In this document: piece after piece, positions 24,401 to 39,400 of the stretch
Numbering within the stretch: position 1 is the first letter of the stretch
How the letters are laid out: the number at the start of each line of letters is the position of its first letter
Notes under the pieces: generated by a model
What the model saw: only the letters and a program-made list of their open reading frames with translations
What the model was told of the DNA's origin: nothing
Databases searched by the model: none
DNA from: Styela clava
Taxonomy: Eukaryota
NCBI RefSeq assembly: GCF_964204865.1
Contig: NC_135252.1
Coordinates: forward strand, 5,456,001 to 5,520,000
DNA: 64,000 nt
Direction: 5' to 3'
Program-made: the position numbers and the translations under genes

Positions 24401-27400
24401 AATCTTATGGGGTGAATAATAAGGCTCCATACATTTTCAGATGCCTGTAAGGACGTTACATGTCAACTGAACGAAATTTGCATCAGACTTCCTTACTCCG
24501 ACCAAGGAAAATGTGTCTGCAAACCAGGATATGTTTACAAGATTGGAGTTTGCGTCAGTAAGTCGAAATGCTATTCACAAGATTTGCACGTGATTTTCTG
24601 TTACTTGTAATATAACTATCTTGATTTCTCAAATTATGATGTAATATTATAATATAAAATTTGGATTTTGTTATATTCTGACAATTATATAAACTTGAAA
24701 AAGATTCCATATGTGTTAAGCAGTTGTATATGTTCCGTCGACAGTAATGATTTTCATTCACCTGCCTGTCAAGTTGAGAATGATACTCAATCAAGTTCGA
24801 ATCAATTGTAATTTGAGGCATTATATTTTGATTAGATGAAATGATGAATTGTCAACAAAAAGGATTTCATGTAAATTGGTTTAAAAATCTGATTATAAGC
24901 AGAGTATCGAATATTTGATCCCAAAGTTGAACAAATTTATTAAACCGATCCCATTTTTTATATTTCAACCTTTATGGGGCAATTTCATGTAAATATATTC
25001 AATTGTTTTTGTAAAAAAAAACACAGTTTGCACCTAAAGTAATTATGTGTCGGAAATGTTATTGAACTCGACTAACTGTCTCCATATATTATTTTGATGT
25101 AGGAGCGATTTCAAACCCATGTGCTTACATGTCGTGTCGAGAGAATGAAGAATGTATGACTTTTGATGGAAATGGTTATTGCGTTTGTAAGTTTGGATAC
25201 ATGAAAACCAAAGAAGGTGTATGCGAAAGTGAGTATTAAACGTAGTCATATATTATATTAAATGTAAATTAATTAACCTCTCTGACAAACATACTACTTA
25301 AAAGTGCGTTTGATTAATGGAAATACATATAATCTATACAGACACGATCATCTCAAACATAATCTAAAATAGGATAAAGTTTTTTGAATCAGCTTGAGAA
25401 TTCGCAACCGGAGCATATATTGTCATGGATGTCATTCATGTTCAGAATTAGGTACATCCAATCATATCAGCTTTATTTTAACTAATATTGCTCAAATCTG
25501 CCGATATGAAACCAATTTTATAAGCGGTGGTTTTTCGAAGTGTTGTTAAAATATTACTACTACTTTTTACATCTTCAGGCGCATTTTAAAAACACAATTT
25601 GTCATACTTTAATCATTATAATGGGTTTATCTTTGCGTTTACTGAGATTTTATTTTGCAGAAAAAAGTGTCTGTCATGACCACTCATGTCCAGCGAATGG
25701 ATATTGTGTAGTTGATAATGGAAATCCTGTTTGCAAGTGCCTAGAAGGATATTATATGTCATATAGCTCATGCAAAAGTAAGTTGTCCATAAATTGAGCA
25801 ATTATAATCCCAGCAAACCAGTTCGCAAATTGATTGATGAGATAAGATGAACAAACGAATATATTTTAAAGTTATATTAAATTAAACAGAAATAGTGGCA
25901 GATCCTTGTGCCTCAGTGTCCTGCAATAAACATGAAGAATGTATCGTACATAGCGGAAAAGGTTACTGCGTTTGTAAAGTTGGATACATGAAGAACGGTC
26001 ATGGGGAATGTGCATGTAAGTCTGTATACTACATATTTTGAGTTTAATATTTAAAAAAAGAAATGATAGTTTTGAATTTCAAAACGTGGCAATTTATTTA
26101 GAAATCAAACTAGCGTCTCTATTTAATACTCCTTGCTCTTTCTTTCTTATGCTACATGTTGACCAGCTAGAGATATTTTTTATTGAACTGGGCAGGACGA
26201 TTATCTTCCGAATGCTCAACTCTGATCAACTGTATCAATTAAATTCAATTGTGTTTAGTGAGAAATCCTTGCGACGATAAAGTGTGCTTCGACAACAGTT
26301 ACTGTATTATGGAAGACGACAAGCCGGTTTGCAAATGCACTGATGGATACAAGTTAGATGGCGGATTATGCATCAGTAAGTTTAATATATTTCCTTGTTT
26401 TGTGATTGGCTGACTATTGAGGGAGTAAAGAAAATGCTGCCAAATAAATAGTAAAAAAGATTTTAGATGAATGTCTGGCAATGCGAATATTCAGATCCTG
26501 GTAGTGAACTGTCTTACTGTTCAACTAACTAATTGTTTAACACATTTTCCAATAGAAATCATCGTGTTGAGCCCTTGCGCTGCAATGAAGTGTGGAGTTC
26601 ATGAAGAATGCCTAGTACATGAAAACAAGGGATATTGTGTATGTAATCCTGGATACATGAAAAACATCGATGGAATTTGTGGAAGTGAGTATAAATTAAG
26701 TAAAACATATGGTATCAATCTATGTTTTTCGATTGTGCCACAACCATTCCGCTTCTAATAATACTAATAGTATATATGTATATATATATATTAGAAATGC
26801 CAATGGTATTTTTGTTGTTACATATTGTACTATTTCACCAAATTTTAACGATAATTATATAATTTAAAGAAAAATCTCTTTGCCACGATCACAAATGTCA
26901 TGAACACAGTTACTGTGTAGAGAAAAACAACAAGGCATACTGTGAATGCATGGAAGGATACGTTTATTTGGATGGCGTGTGCAAAAGTAAGAAAATTTAA
27001 TTTTGATAATTTGCCATGCAATTAAATCCGGTATGTTTTACCTTGATTCCATTCAGATGGTATTACAAAATGCTGTTTCATGTACAACTAATACATATTC
27101 GTTTTTCGTAATACTTCAACAGCTAAAGTAATCGTTGTCAACCCGTGCGATTTCATGAAATGTGGTCTCCACGAAGAATGCGTGACTCACGAAGGAGAGG
27201 GATATTGTGTGTGCTTATATGGATACAGAAAAAATTCTAACGGAATTTGCGAAAGTAAGTTACTCGTTTTATCGGTATCTATGGCATGATTATGACATAA
27301 ACGATAGAGGTTATGCAACTTAAAATATTCAGCAATTGCCAAGAGTCACAGTCATGTGAAAGATATGTTGCTCGAATTAGATTTTATTAGATTGCATTCT

Positions 27401-30400
27401 GTTACTTCCAAATTATTCATTCATTCATTTCAATTTCGAGACATCTTAAGAACGCCCTGAAAGTTTTTAGATTCGTTTTGCAATATATATATAACGTCAC
27501 TTTTTTACTTGTTCATTAATTTTGAACAATGGACGTAATGCAATGCAATATACATAATGCATGTACATATAATTTACAGAGAAAACACCTTGTCATGATC
27601 ATATTTGTCAAGAAAACAGCTACTGTATTTTGGAAGGAGATAAAGCAATGTGCAAATGTTTAGACGGTTACGCAAGCTCCGACGATGGTTGCAAAAGTAA
27701 GCGAGACTCTTAATCTTACGGTTCCGTAAAATTATATTTAATCGATGTTATACTTTGATATATAATCACTTTGTAAATCTTTGCAATATGTTATACTTTA
27801 ACAAACAAATTACTCTTCCATTCAGAAATTTTCAGCGATCCTTGCAATTTGAGAGTTTGTGGAAATTATGAAGAATGTGTCAGTCAGGAAGGAAAAGGAT
27901 ATTGTGTGTGTAAACCTGGATACACCAAGAACACGAATGGAATTTGTGAACGTATGCTACTACTGTTATTATCTTTCGCTCATTTTAATGCAAACGATCC
28001 AAATTATTTCATTTCATAAGCTAGAAGATGTTAATAGCAAGAAAATACTAATGCCAAGACGTTGTGGGCCTTGAAATAGATCGGTCAATATACTCGACAC
28101 CAATTTTTACTGTGTGTCAATAAATTTATATTATTTTAACGTTTCAGTTCACAATTAGCTTTTTATTTTACACTTAAAAATCTTTGCAGTGAAACAGTAT
28201 GCCGATCCCACAGTTATTGTCTTTTGCATTTCTTAGCGATATTGCCCTGACTCTTTCCTAAGCAAACTTTCTACTTTTTTCAGTAAATAATCCATGCGAA
28301 AAGAAACAATGCCAACCGAATAGTTACTGCGTTCTACCTCAAGGTGAACCAATTTGCCAATGCATTCAAGGATACTCGCTCTCTCCATCAGGCGATTGCA
28401 AAAGTAAGTCATACTTATATATATAAATCGTTTGCTTCCGTAGTATGTGCACCAAGATGGCGCACAACCTGAACAAGGTATGTGTACCGGGTTACGATTC
28501 AGGTTGTGCGCCATCTTGATGCAAGTTCTACGGGAGCGCCCAGAATACAGTAGAAAATATTTGAAAAATAGGATCACAAGCCAAGTAACCTATGAACAAA
28601 TATTTCAATCGGTTTCAACCCAACTGATATTATATTCTAGATTTACCGTTTTCATTTTCCTAATCCGTGATTTTTTTTCTTTGCGCCAAAGAAATCTCCG
28701 TTGATCCATGTTTCTTGAAAAAGTGTCTACCTAATGAAGTGTGCGTTAATAGTGATGGTCAGGGAGTCTGCACTTGTAAAACTGGTTATAGGAGGAACCA
28801 GTACGGATTCTGCGAAAGTATGAGATTTATTCATTTTAACTAATAAGAATATTTCAACCACAAAATAAATAAATAACTGTTGTGAAAAGTAAAAATGATA
28901 TAGTTTGTGACTTGCATAATCATTATTATTTTCCATTATCAGAAGCTACTATGATAGCTTTAAGATACTCAGTGGCCCCCATTTTTTTTAATCCGTGATT
29001 TTTTTCGTGCCTAAGAAATCTCCACTGATCCATGTACCTTGACAAAATGTCTACCTGATGAAGTGTGCGTTAATAGTGATGGTCAAGGAGTCTGCACTTG
29101 TAAACGTGATTATAAGAGGAACCAGTATGGATTCTGCGAAAGTATGATATCGATTTATCATTCATTTTAGCTAATAACAATATTCTAACTTGAAAATAGT
29201 TATCTATTATCTTCTACCTTTATCAGAGGCTTTTATGATAGCTCTAAGATACTTGGTGGTATTCATGTTCTTTATCGTAACCAGTCTTTATATTTTATTG
29301 TATTTATTCATGCCGCTTAAACAGTGCTCAAACTTTCAACAGAAATTGATCCTTGTGTGTATACGAAATGCTTTGAAAATAGCTACTGCGTTGTCGTTGG
29401 CAAACAGGGTATTTGCCAGTGCAAAGATGGCTACAAGATGTCTGCTGATGGAATTTGCCAAAGTATGTTTTACTCTTCTTTCTTACCACGAAGAAGCAAC
29501 AGTCAGGCTGTTGCGAAACAGTTAATATTAAATATTGCATAAATTTTATGATATCATAATGCGGATGTACGAGACTGAAATGTAAAAACGGAAGTAAAAA
29601 TACTGGTAATTTACGATAATTGAATGTAGGCATGTTGACAAATGGAGAATGAAGCTTTGTATTAAATCGAGCGTAGATATTACGAATACTTGACATCGAC
29701 CACTTAAATTAATATGGTAATTTAAATATGGTATATTACGTCATAATATATGTAAAATTTCATCAAATCCTTGAATTAATGATATTTCATTCGATTCGTA
29801 TTTCATAAAGGCGTGAGCACAGATCCTTGTGAGACCAAAATATGCAATTTTCGAAAGGTTTGTGTTGCATATGAGGGACGAGCCCACTGTATTTGCCAAG
29901 CTGGATATTCAGAAAACACCAATGGAAATTGCGAAGGTATGGTTGGAAAATCAACAGGAAAAATTACATATTGAGTTGCAGAATACAAGCTTTCTTACCA
30001 AATATATTATTTTATGCTTTAGCTGACAAGCATCCATGTCATGGCATCGTATGCCCATCATACAGTCACTGTGAGGTCGAGGGATCTTATGGAGTGTGCA
30101 GATGTGACAATAAATACATGGCTAAAGAGGGTCTATGCATACGTGAGTGTTATTTGAAATATGATCCTCATCAGTTGTTATATCAAATGTGGTCTCAAAT
30201 CATACCGCGGTGTCTTCATATTTCTCTTATCTATACTGAATAATATGAGTATGAGAAACACTTATATGATACAATAATATTAATAAGATAATTTGAAATT
30301 TACAAGAAATGTACTGCAATATGACATTCATAACGTTGACTGAAAATGCTATTTGCAGAGTCAGAGAGTATTTAATTTAACTTTACTCTCCAACTTAATT

Positions 30401-33400
30401 TTTTGTCGACTACTGATTTTTTGTAACATTATAATTTTTGGACCTCCTGAAGTATGCTCACCAAGATGGCGCACAACCTGAACTCACGTTGTGTACCAGG
30501 TTAGGGTTCAGGTTATGCGACATCTTGATGCGCATACCTCAGGAGCCCCTCATTTTTGAATATTGCCAATTCTAATGCACTATTTAACAAACAGCTACTT
30601 ATCCATGCCTGGACAAACTGTGCCCAATCGGTAGTCACTGCGTGGATGGACACTGTGTTTGCAAAAGAGGGTATTCAAAGGGTCTTGGTGGCGTTTGCAT
30701 AGGTTTGATATTATTTGTATCCATTGGTATTCAGCATTTTTTAAGATAATCCGCCTGTTTCCCTTTCTATCATGCACAGTAGCTGAATATTCGGTATGCA
30801 TATAACGTAACTTCATGCAAATGTTCTATAATCTTTACGATTTTAATACAAAATGATGTACGATGAACGTTTTTTTACCGTTATCTTGATTTATCTGCAG
30901 ATCGTTGTTCAAACATAAGATGTGCACTTCCGAATACTCATTGTTACGATGGTCAATGCGTATGTAAGGAAGGATTCAGAATGAACCAATATGGGCAATG
31001 CGTGGGTGAGTACAAAACATCTGTGGAATATAGCACTATGCATGCTTTCTGCAATAAACAATGATGGTGCAAAACTAAACATGGCATGTTTTTTTATCAG
31101 AATTTGACCACTGCAGAAACGGACGTCAATGCTCACTAAATAGTTATTGCAACGAAGACAGAATTTGTGTTTGCAATCAGTATTATCATCGAAACATGAA
31201 CGGACTTTGCATAGGTAGGATAATACATATCGTACTCTATAAATACTATTTTGGAATTAAATAAACTTTAGTCATCAACCTACTTTTTTGGTACAATACA
31301 GTGGTATACGATGTTTATAATCCAGTAGGAATTTTCGAACGAAAAAAGATGTGTGTTACGCACATGTATGCTGTGAGAGAAAAATAAGAAAACTATACGT
31401 CGAGCCGAATTTTTACCTCACGCATAGCCGTGATGAAATTTCGTGATCTTACCTCCTGAGTTGCTACTTTTCCCCACTTTAAACTTTTTCATTTGAATAC
31501 AATTCTCAAACATGTATTTTATCCGATTTCTTTGAATATTGACTGGTGTAATCTGTTTTAAAGGTGATAACCCCTGTCTCGGGTTCAAATGCGGATTCAA
31601 TCAAGTTTGCAAAGTGAATGAAGTCAGCCAAAAACCACAATGCGTTTGCTCCTTGGGAACAATATATCTTCCTTTCATGAAAGGATGCATCTGGATTCAT
31701 CTCTTGAGTAAGTAATGCCCTTGACTGTAGTAAAGATTAAGGTCATACATTCATGCGTTAAAATTAACGATTTTTAGTTATAGCAAATCTCGTATTGAGA
31801 ATGCATAGAATCAGAAATATTATAAAAATATTTGAAAATAAACTTGTTTCTGAAAAATCAATGAATATCCTATTTGCTCAACTTTAGTTTTTAGGTTATC
31901 AAACACCGATATATTCCTCTATATTTTCATACTCTGGTGAGTGCCACATACGGATCCGAAGTAGAAAGTAATCAAGGAGAACGGACCTGCAGTTCAATAC
32001 ACAATATCTAAGTTCCCCTAACATAAAATGGCAATTAAAAATAAAATGATTTTATTGAATTTGCACAAATAATTATGATATGAATATTGTTTTCATTTCA
32101 AGTACCTAAAAAGAAGAAGTGCGACCCCGAGTGTCCTCCAAAGTCTTATTGTTCCAAAGGGGAATGCGTGTGTAAAGCTGGATATGTGAAAGATGATTAT
32201 GACCGATGTATTGGTAAGTTTATTTACGTTTTCCGAAATAAATTTGAAAGATCATTTTTTAGACGGCATTTTTGTGTGTAGTTCCTCGTTCAAGATGCGC
32301 TGCATTCATTAGTAAGATACAATCCTTAATAAAGAGTTAAAATGTTGTAAGAAAATGTTTTTGGGTCACAACTTCCATTCTGATTTTTTAAACCATAATT
32401 TGTAATCTTTGATTTTTCAGATCCCGATAGCACTCCGCCACCACGTAAGTACTTAGTAACAATATTGAGAGTATTTTTTACGTTACATTAAATTATTTCT
32501 TTCAAATTAAACATATAATAACACCATTCCGTGACTATTAAACCATAATAATTATTAAAGAGAATAACGTTATCGTCTTTTGGATGGATGAATTATTTAC
32601 GATATTAGTCAAATATTGACAACTAATGGCCAATATGATCATGTATACCTGTCATCTGAAGAGATTCACACAAATAATAACAAATTCCTACCAAAATATT
32701 AGATTTGAATTATTTTTCATTATTTGAATTCAGCAATTGATGAATGCGACTTAGAGCTGGATAATTGTGATCGCACAAACGGATACTGTGTTGATACGCC
32801 TTACTCATATTATTGCCAATGCAACGAAGGATATGTGGGCGATGGAAGAATTTGTAAAGGTATAAATATTTTCTTTTTGGGTGGAAAAATCGAATTTTTG
32901 ATCAAGCTTTTCAGTTATTTTCTGCGCACAGTTCGACTGATTGTGTTTGTCTGATACGATGTTTCAATGAGGTTCGTATGTTTGCTCGTCAATTTGACAT
33001 AGGATAAGGAGTTTCATTCTAGATAGCAAATAGAAGGGAATTGAATGCTTGAATCGGCATTGACAAAAAAAATTATAATTATAGAAAGCCGCTTAGTAAA
33101 ATTATTCTCAATTTTCTTTAATCGATGATTTTCTAATTTTTTTTCATCTTCAGATATCAATGAATGTAATTCTGTTATTCCATCCTGTGATTCGACACAA
33201 AACTGTATCAACACTATCGGTTCGTTTTATTGTGAATGCAAGGATGGATATATCCAGTATGGAGATACATGTAAACCAAAAGGTGAGTCTTCAAAAAACC
33301 TACAATCGTGGGGTTTTCAGCATTTACTCAAAAAACATGAAAATGCAGTCATGCCTGTGAAGCATATCAAAAAAAGAAATATCAAATTCTATTCGAATTT

Positions 33401-36400
33401 GAAATTTCAAACCTTTGATGTTAATTAATGCTATCCCATTAGTCGTTATATTTATTATTTAGTTATAATCCTTGTAAAGGAACTTTTGTAATACATTGTT
33501 TAGGGGTCCTAATCTCTTCTATCTAAATCATACTTTGTACTCTTTGATTTTTAGATCCCGATAGCACTCCGCCACCACGTAAGTGCTTAGTAACAATATT
33601 AAGAGTAATTTTTACGTTACATTAAATTATATTTTTTAAGTCAAACTTATAATAACACCATCCCTTGACTAATAAACCATAATAATCATTAAAGAGAATA
33701 ACGTTATCGTCTTTTGCATTGGATGAATTATTTAAGATATTAGTCAAATTTCGACAACTAATGGCTAAGATAATTATATATACATGTCAATTAAAGAGTT
33801 TCGAATAATTTCTAATTATCACACTAATATTAACAAATTCTTACCGAAATATAAGATTTGAACTATTTTCTAATATTGGAATTCAGCAATTGATGAATGC
33901 GACTTGGAAATGGATAATTGTGATCGTATAAACGGATACTGTGTTGATACGCTTTACTCATATTATTGCCAATGCAATGAAGGATATGTGGGCGATGGAA
34001 GAACCTGTGAAGGTATAAAAATTTTCTTTGTGGGTGGAAAAATTGAATTTTTAATCAAGCTTTCAAGTTTTTTTTTTCTGAACACAAAAAAAAACAATGA
34101 CTTGTTTCGACTGATTGTGTTCGTCTGATACGATGTTTGGATAAAGTTTCAATTTGTTCGTATATGTTTGCTTATCATTTTGATATATGACAAGGAGTTT
34201 TATTCTGGATAGCAAATAAAAATGGAATCGAATGCTTGATAATGTAAATAATAATAACAGAAAGTCGCTTAGTCAATTTATTCTCAATTTGCTTCGATCG
34301 ATGATTTTCTAATTTTTTTTTCATCTTCAGATATCAATGAATGTAATTCTGTTATTCCATCCTGTGATTCGACACAAAACTGTATCAACACTATCGGTTC
34401 GTTTTATTGTGAATGCAAGGATGGATATATTCCGAATGGAGATACATGTAAACCAAAAGGTGAGTCTCTGAAACTCGTGGGGTTTTCAGCATTTACTCAA
34501 AAACATGAAAATGCAGTCATGCCTGTGGAGCATATCAAAAAAATAAATATTAAATTCTATTCGAATCTGAGATTTTAAACCTTTGATGTTAATTAATGCT
34601 ATCCCATTAGTCGTTATATTCATTAGTTAGTTATATAATCCCTGTAAAAGAACTGTTGTAATGACATTTTTTTTCGGTCATAAACTCTATCTCTTCTATC
34701 TCCAATCTAAATTCTAAATCATACTTTGTACTCTTTGATTTTCAGATCCCGATAACACTCCGCCACCACGTAAGTGTTTAGTAACAATATTAAAAGTAAT
34801 TTTTACGTTACATTAAATTATATTTTTAAAGTCAAACTTATAATAACACCATTCCTTGACTAATAAACCATAATGATTATTAAAGAGAATAACGTTATCG
34901 TCTTTTGCATTGGATGAATTGTTTACGATATTAGTCAAATATCGACAACTAATGGCTAAGATAATTGTGTATACCTGTCAATTAAAGAGTTTCGAATAAT
35001 TTCTAATTATCACACTAATATTAACAAATTCTTACCGAAACATTAGATTTGAATTATTTTTTAATATTCGAATTCAGCAATTGATGAATGCGACTTAGAA
35101 ATGGATAATTGTGATCGCATAAACGGATTCTGTGTTGATACACTTTACTCATATTATTGCCAATGCAATGAAGGATATGTGGGCGATGGAAAAATTTGTA
35201 AAGGTACAAAAAAAAATTTGTTTGTGGAAAAATTGAATTTTTGATCAAGTTTTTAAGTTATTTTCTGAGCACAGTAAAAACAATGACTTGTTTCGACTTA
35301 TTGTGTTCGTCTGATACGATGTTTGCTTATCAGTTTGATATATGACAAGGAGTTTGATTCTGGATAGCAAATAAACATGGAATCGAATGCTTGATAATAA
35401 AAATAAAAATAACAGAAAGTCGCTTAGTCAATTTATTCTCAATTTGCTTTAATCGATGATGTTCTGAATTTTTTATCTTCAGATATCAATGAATGTAATT
35501 CTGTTATTCCATCCTGTGATTCGACACAAAACTGTATCAACACTATCGGTTCGTATTATTGTGAATGCAAGGATGGATATATTCCGAATGGAGATACATG
35601 TAAACCAAAAGGTGAGTCTCTGAAACTCGTGGGGTTTTCAGCATTTACTCAAAACATGTAAAGCCAGTCATGCCTGTGAAGCTTGGTTGGACATAGCATA
35701 TCAAAAAAAGAAATATTTAATTCTATTCGAAACTGAGATTTCGAATCTTTGATGTTAATTAATGCTATCCCATTAGTTGTTATATTCACATGCATTAGAA
35801 ATTACTTTATTTTATCACAGAATCCGAAGATCCATGTGATCCAAACCCATGTACGAATGGAAACTGTATTCGCTTGAGTAAAACCGAATTCAAATGTTCG
35901 TGTCCCAAATGGTATGAAGGAAATTATTGCGAAATATGTAAGTATCAACTTTTTCTGGTTTTATTTCTTTGTGATGCACTTGAATATTTGAAAATAATCA
36001 ACATTGACGCTTGTTTGGCATCTTTTTGAAAAAAAATTGGAGAGGATATTGGTTAACAAGAATATATACACAAATAATACATCCATACTTAACAAACAAT
36101 CAACATGTTATCAATCAATTAAAAATGTCTATAATCTTATGACTTTCAAGTTTCAACACATATATCACATTCAATAAATGGAAAACTAACTTTTGACATT
36201 CACGCAATTTTAATTGAACAACTGAACTGCGTATTATTTAATTTCTTTTGATCCGGTTTGGCTTTGTGATCGCGTTATTTGAATAGCGCTACATTGTATT
36301 GTTATTCCAATATCATTCCTTTCAATTTTTCTCCAATTGCAATAACTTAATATTAATTTTGCCACATTAAACAGATAATCCACCCACGGATCCATGTGAC

Positions 36401-39400
36401 CCAAATCCATGTAACGGACATAGCTGTAATAGTTTTAAAGGACTTTACTCGTGTAAATGCAGAAAGGGATATTTTGGAAAACATTGTGATAAAGGTGAGA
36501 CCAAGTTTTTTCATAATTGTAAAACCAAAAACTGGAATTGATTGGAGTCACGCGGAATGGCCCAATACTAATTCGTCTCTAGTGCAACTCTTTCCATATA
36601 TACAATGCAACGTTCCTTCTAGGAATAATTCGAAGTTATTCGACTTCATTTTTCTTAAGTGTTTAGCAAATCTTTTAATTCCTATTTTAGATTGAAAATT
36701 TTCACCTCATTACATTACTTAGGTCAAACCCCATTAAACTCCAAACCCGAGATGGTAGGGTCATTTGTGTAGTGTTTAGTTTGAAACGATCTTAGTTTAG
36801 TTTCAATTGTTGAATAGTAATTATTTGCAAAGTATGACAGCCAATTAAAATTATTGGGTAAATTTACATTTTCTTTCCAAAACCTCTGTTGTTTTTTCCG
36901 TGGGAATAAATTTATTTTCTATAATACATTTATACGATTTGCGGCACGTATTTTCACAAAATGTACTGAATACAAATTTATTAAAATCCAACATATTTAT
37001 ATTCTGTAAACAATTAAAATCACTAGGATTCCCAATACAATCCATCCAATATTCTGGTATGCAGCCAACTAATGTATAGAAGTCTCGATACTCATTTGCA
37101 TTATATTTTATACCGTAACGTTCTATCTGTTGAAAATAAGAGAATAGAAAATTTCTGTTCACCAAATGGTGTAATTCACAGACTCCTTGTTCTTCCCAGT
37201 TTTTTTTTTTTTTTTTATAAAAAATGGCATTCTTGCATATTGGAATTTCTTGTTGTACCATAATGATTCATTATATAGATGGATATTGGCATTACATGTT
37301 AATTCCTTGTATATGTACTAGGTACGAAGTGTATCCCTAAATGTTACAAAATGAAGATTTTTTATGAAGCGCGAGAGTTATACCATAAATTTCCTTTTAG
37401 TATACAATGTATTTCTATATCTCGTAAATAATAAAGTTGAATGGTTTTCCAATTACTCTCTTTCCACTCAACCATACAACCATTTCAGTTTTTCAGAAAT
37501 AATGACACTTTCAACATCTACCATATCAATTCCACCTTTCATTTTCAATCAGTGTTTTACGCTTGACTCTTTCCCAATTTAAATTTCCACAAAAAACGAA
37601 ATATTAAAGAATTCAGTGATTTTACAATTTTTTTGGGTATCGTAACTGGTGAAAATGTAAATTGATAGTAAAAAAAAATAGGATTAATGATTTGATTGCA
37701 AACACTTTTCCCAGAATTGTTAAATATGTTGTATGTATTCATATACTTTACAGAGGATCCACCTAACGGATGTGACCCAAATCCATGCATGAACAGCGTC
37801 AAGTGTATTCCAAAACCCTTCGGAAAGTTTCAATGCCTCTGTAAGAAAGGATATTTTGGAAAACATTGTGATAAAGGTAAGACCAAGTAACTTCATAATT
37901 GTAAAACCATAAACTGGAATTGATTGGAGTCACGCAGAATGAACCAATGCTAATTCGTCTTTGGTGCATCTCTTTACATATATATATACAATGCAACGTT
38001 CAAAGTTATTCGACTTCATTTTTTTCAATTGTGTAGCAAATCTTTTAATTCCTATTTTAGAATGAGCATTTTCACATCATTACATTACTTAGGTCAAACC
38101 CCATTAAACCCCAACTCCGAGATGTTAAGGTCATTTGTGTAGCATTGCAAACAATGGCTATGTTGTAAAATACCTAATTAAATATCTTGACATTGTGTTT
38201 TTGTCTAATATTCTGAATGGTGTTGATAAAACATGGAGTTTTTATATACTGGTGCAAAAATGGAGAATTTAAATTTATAGCTATCACTATACAGCAGGGG
38301 TCGGCAACCTTTTGTCGCTCGCAGGCCAAAATTAGGGATTGCAAGTCATTGGCGGGCCGCACATATTTATAGAAAGTTGAAAACCGAACGGATGATACTT
38401 TTTATAATAAAAATCAAGCAGTGATACATCTCTCGAATAAAATATAGAAATATTTCCTTATTGCATTGCATCTCAAAAAATTTCATTTGAATATTTTCGG
38501 CGCCATTGAACCCTTTGCACTTAGCCTCAACTTTTCTGCGTTTTTTTGTCTAACTATAATCCAATTATAGGTTATAATATTAAACGCGTAATTGTGAATT
38601 ATATATTTGTAGGTTACAGTATAATTTAGTCTACACGTGTCTCACAATAAATTCTGTTACGTATAGAATATAATCATCAAAACAGCTGTTTTGTTACTAT
38701 AATACAGTGAAGCATCACGGGCCGTGGGTTGCCGACCCCTGCTATACAGGTTGTGTCGAGATCTAATGATCCCGATTAAACAAATACTGTGGCCAACAAT
38801 ATAGTTTTTGGAATATTGCAGCATTGATGTTTGACATCTTGGTTTCAATGCATGAATTTGGTTGAATTAGTTTTTCGATTGAGGCCCAAATTTTTTTATT
38901 AATATGCTCAAAACAAATATGTTGTATGTATTTATATATTTTACAGAGGATCCACCTAACGGATGTGACCCAAATCCATGCATGAACAGCGCCGAGTGTA
39001 TTCCAAAACCCTTCGGAATATTTCGATGCATCTGTAAAAAAGGATATTATGGAATGTATTGTGATAAAAGTGAGAAGTTTATTGTTGTTTTCATCCTTAG
39101 TTTGCACGTAATACATTCAATCATTGGTTGCTAATCTGACTCGAGAGATCTACGACTTCTGCCAATAAATTGTATTTTAACTTAGAGATCTTGTGCAGTA
39201 ACAATTATGGAGACGCCAAACAATAGATAAAAGCGAACTGAATAAAATGTAAAAGTTCGTTTATATTAAAAAAATATTATCAATGCAGAAACCTCACCTG
39301 TCAATCCGTGTTATCCAAACCCATGTAAACATGGAGGGAAATGCAATTAGTGAATATACCTTATAGTATGGATTATGAGTATGCGCCTATCAAATATTTC

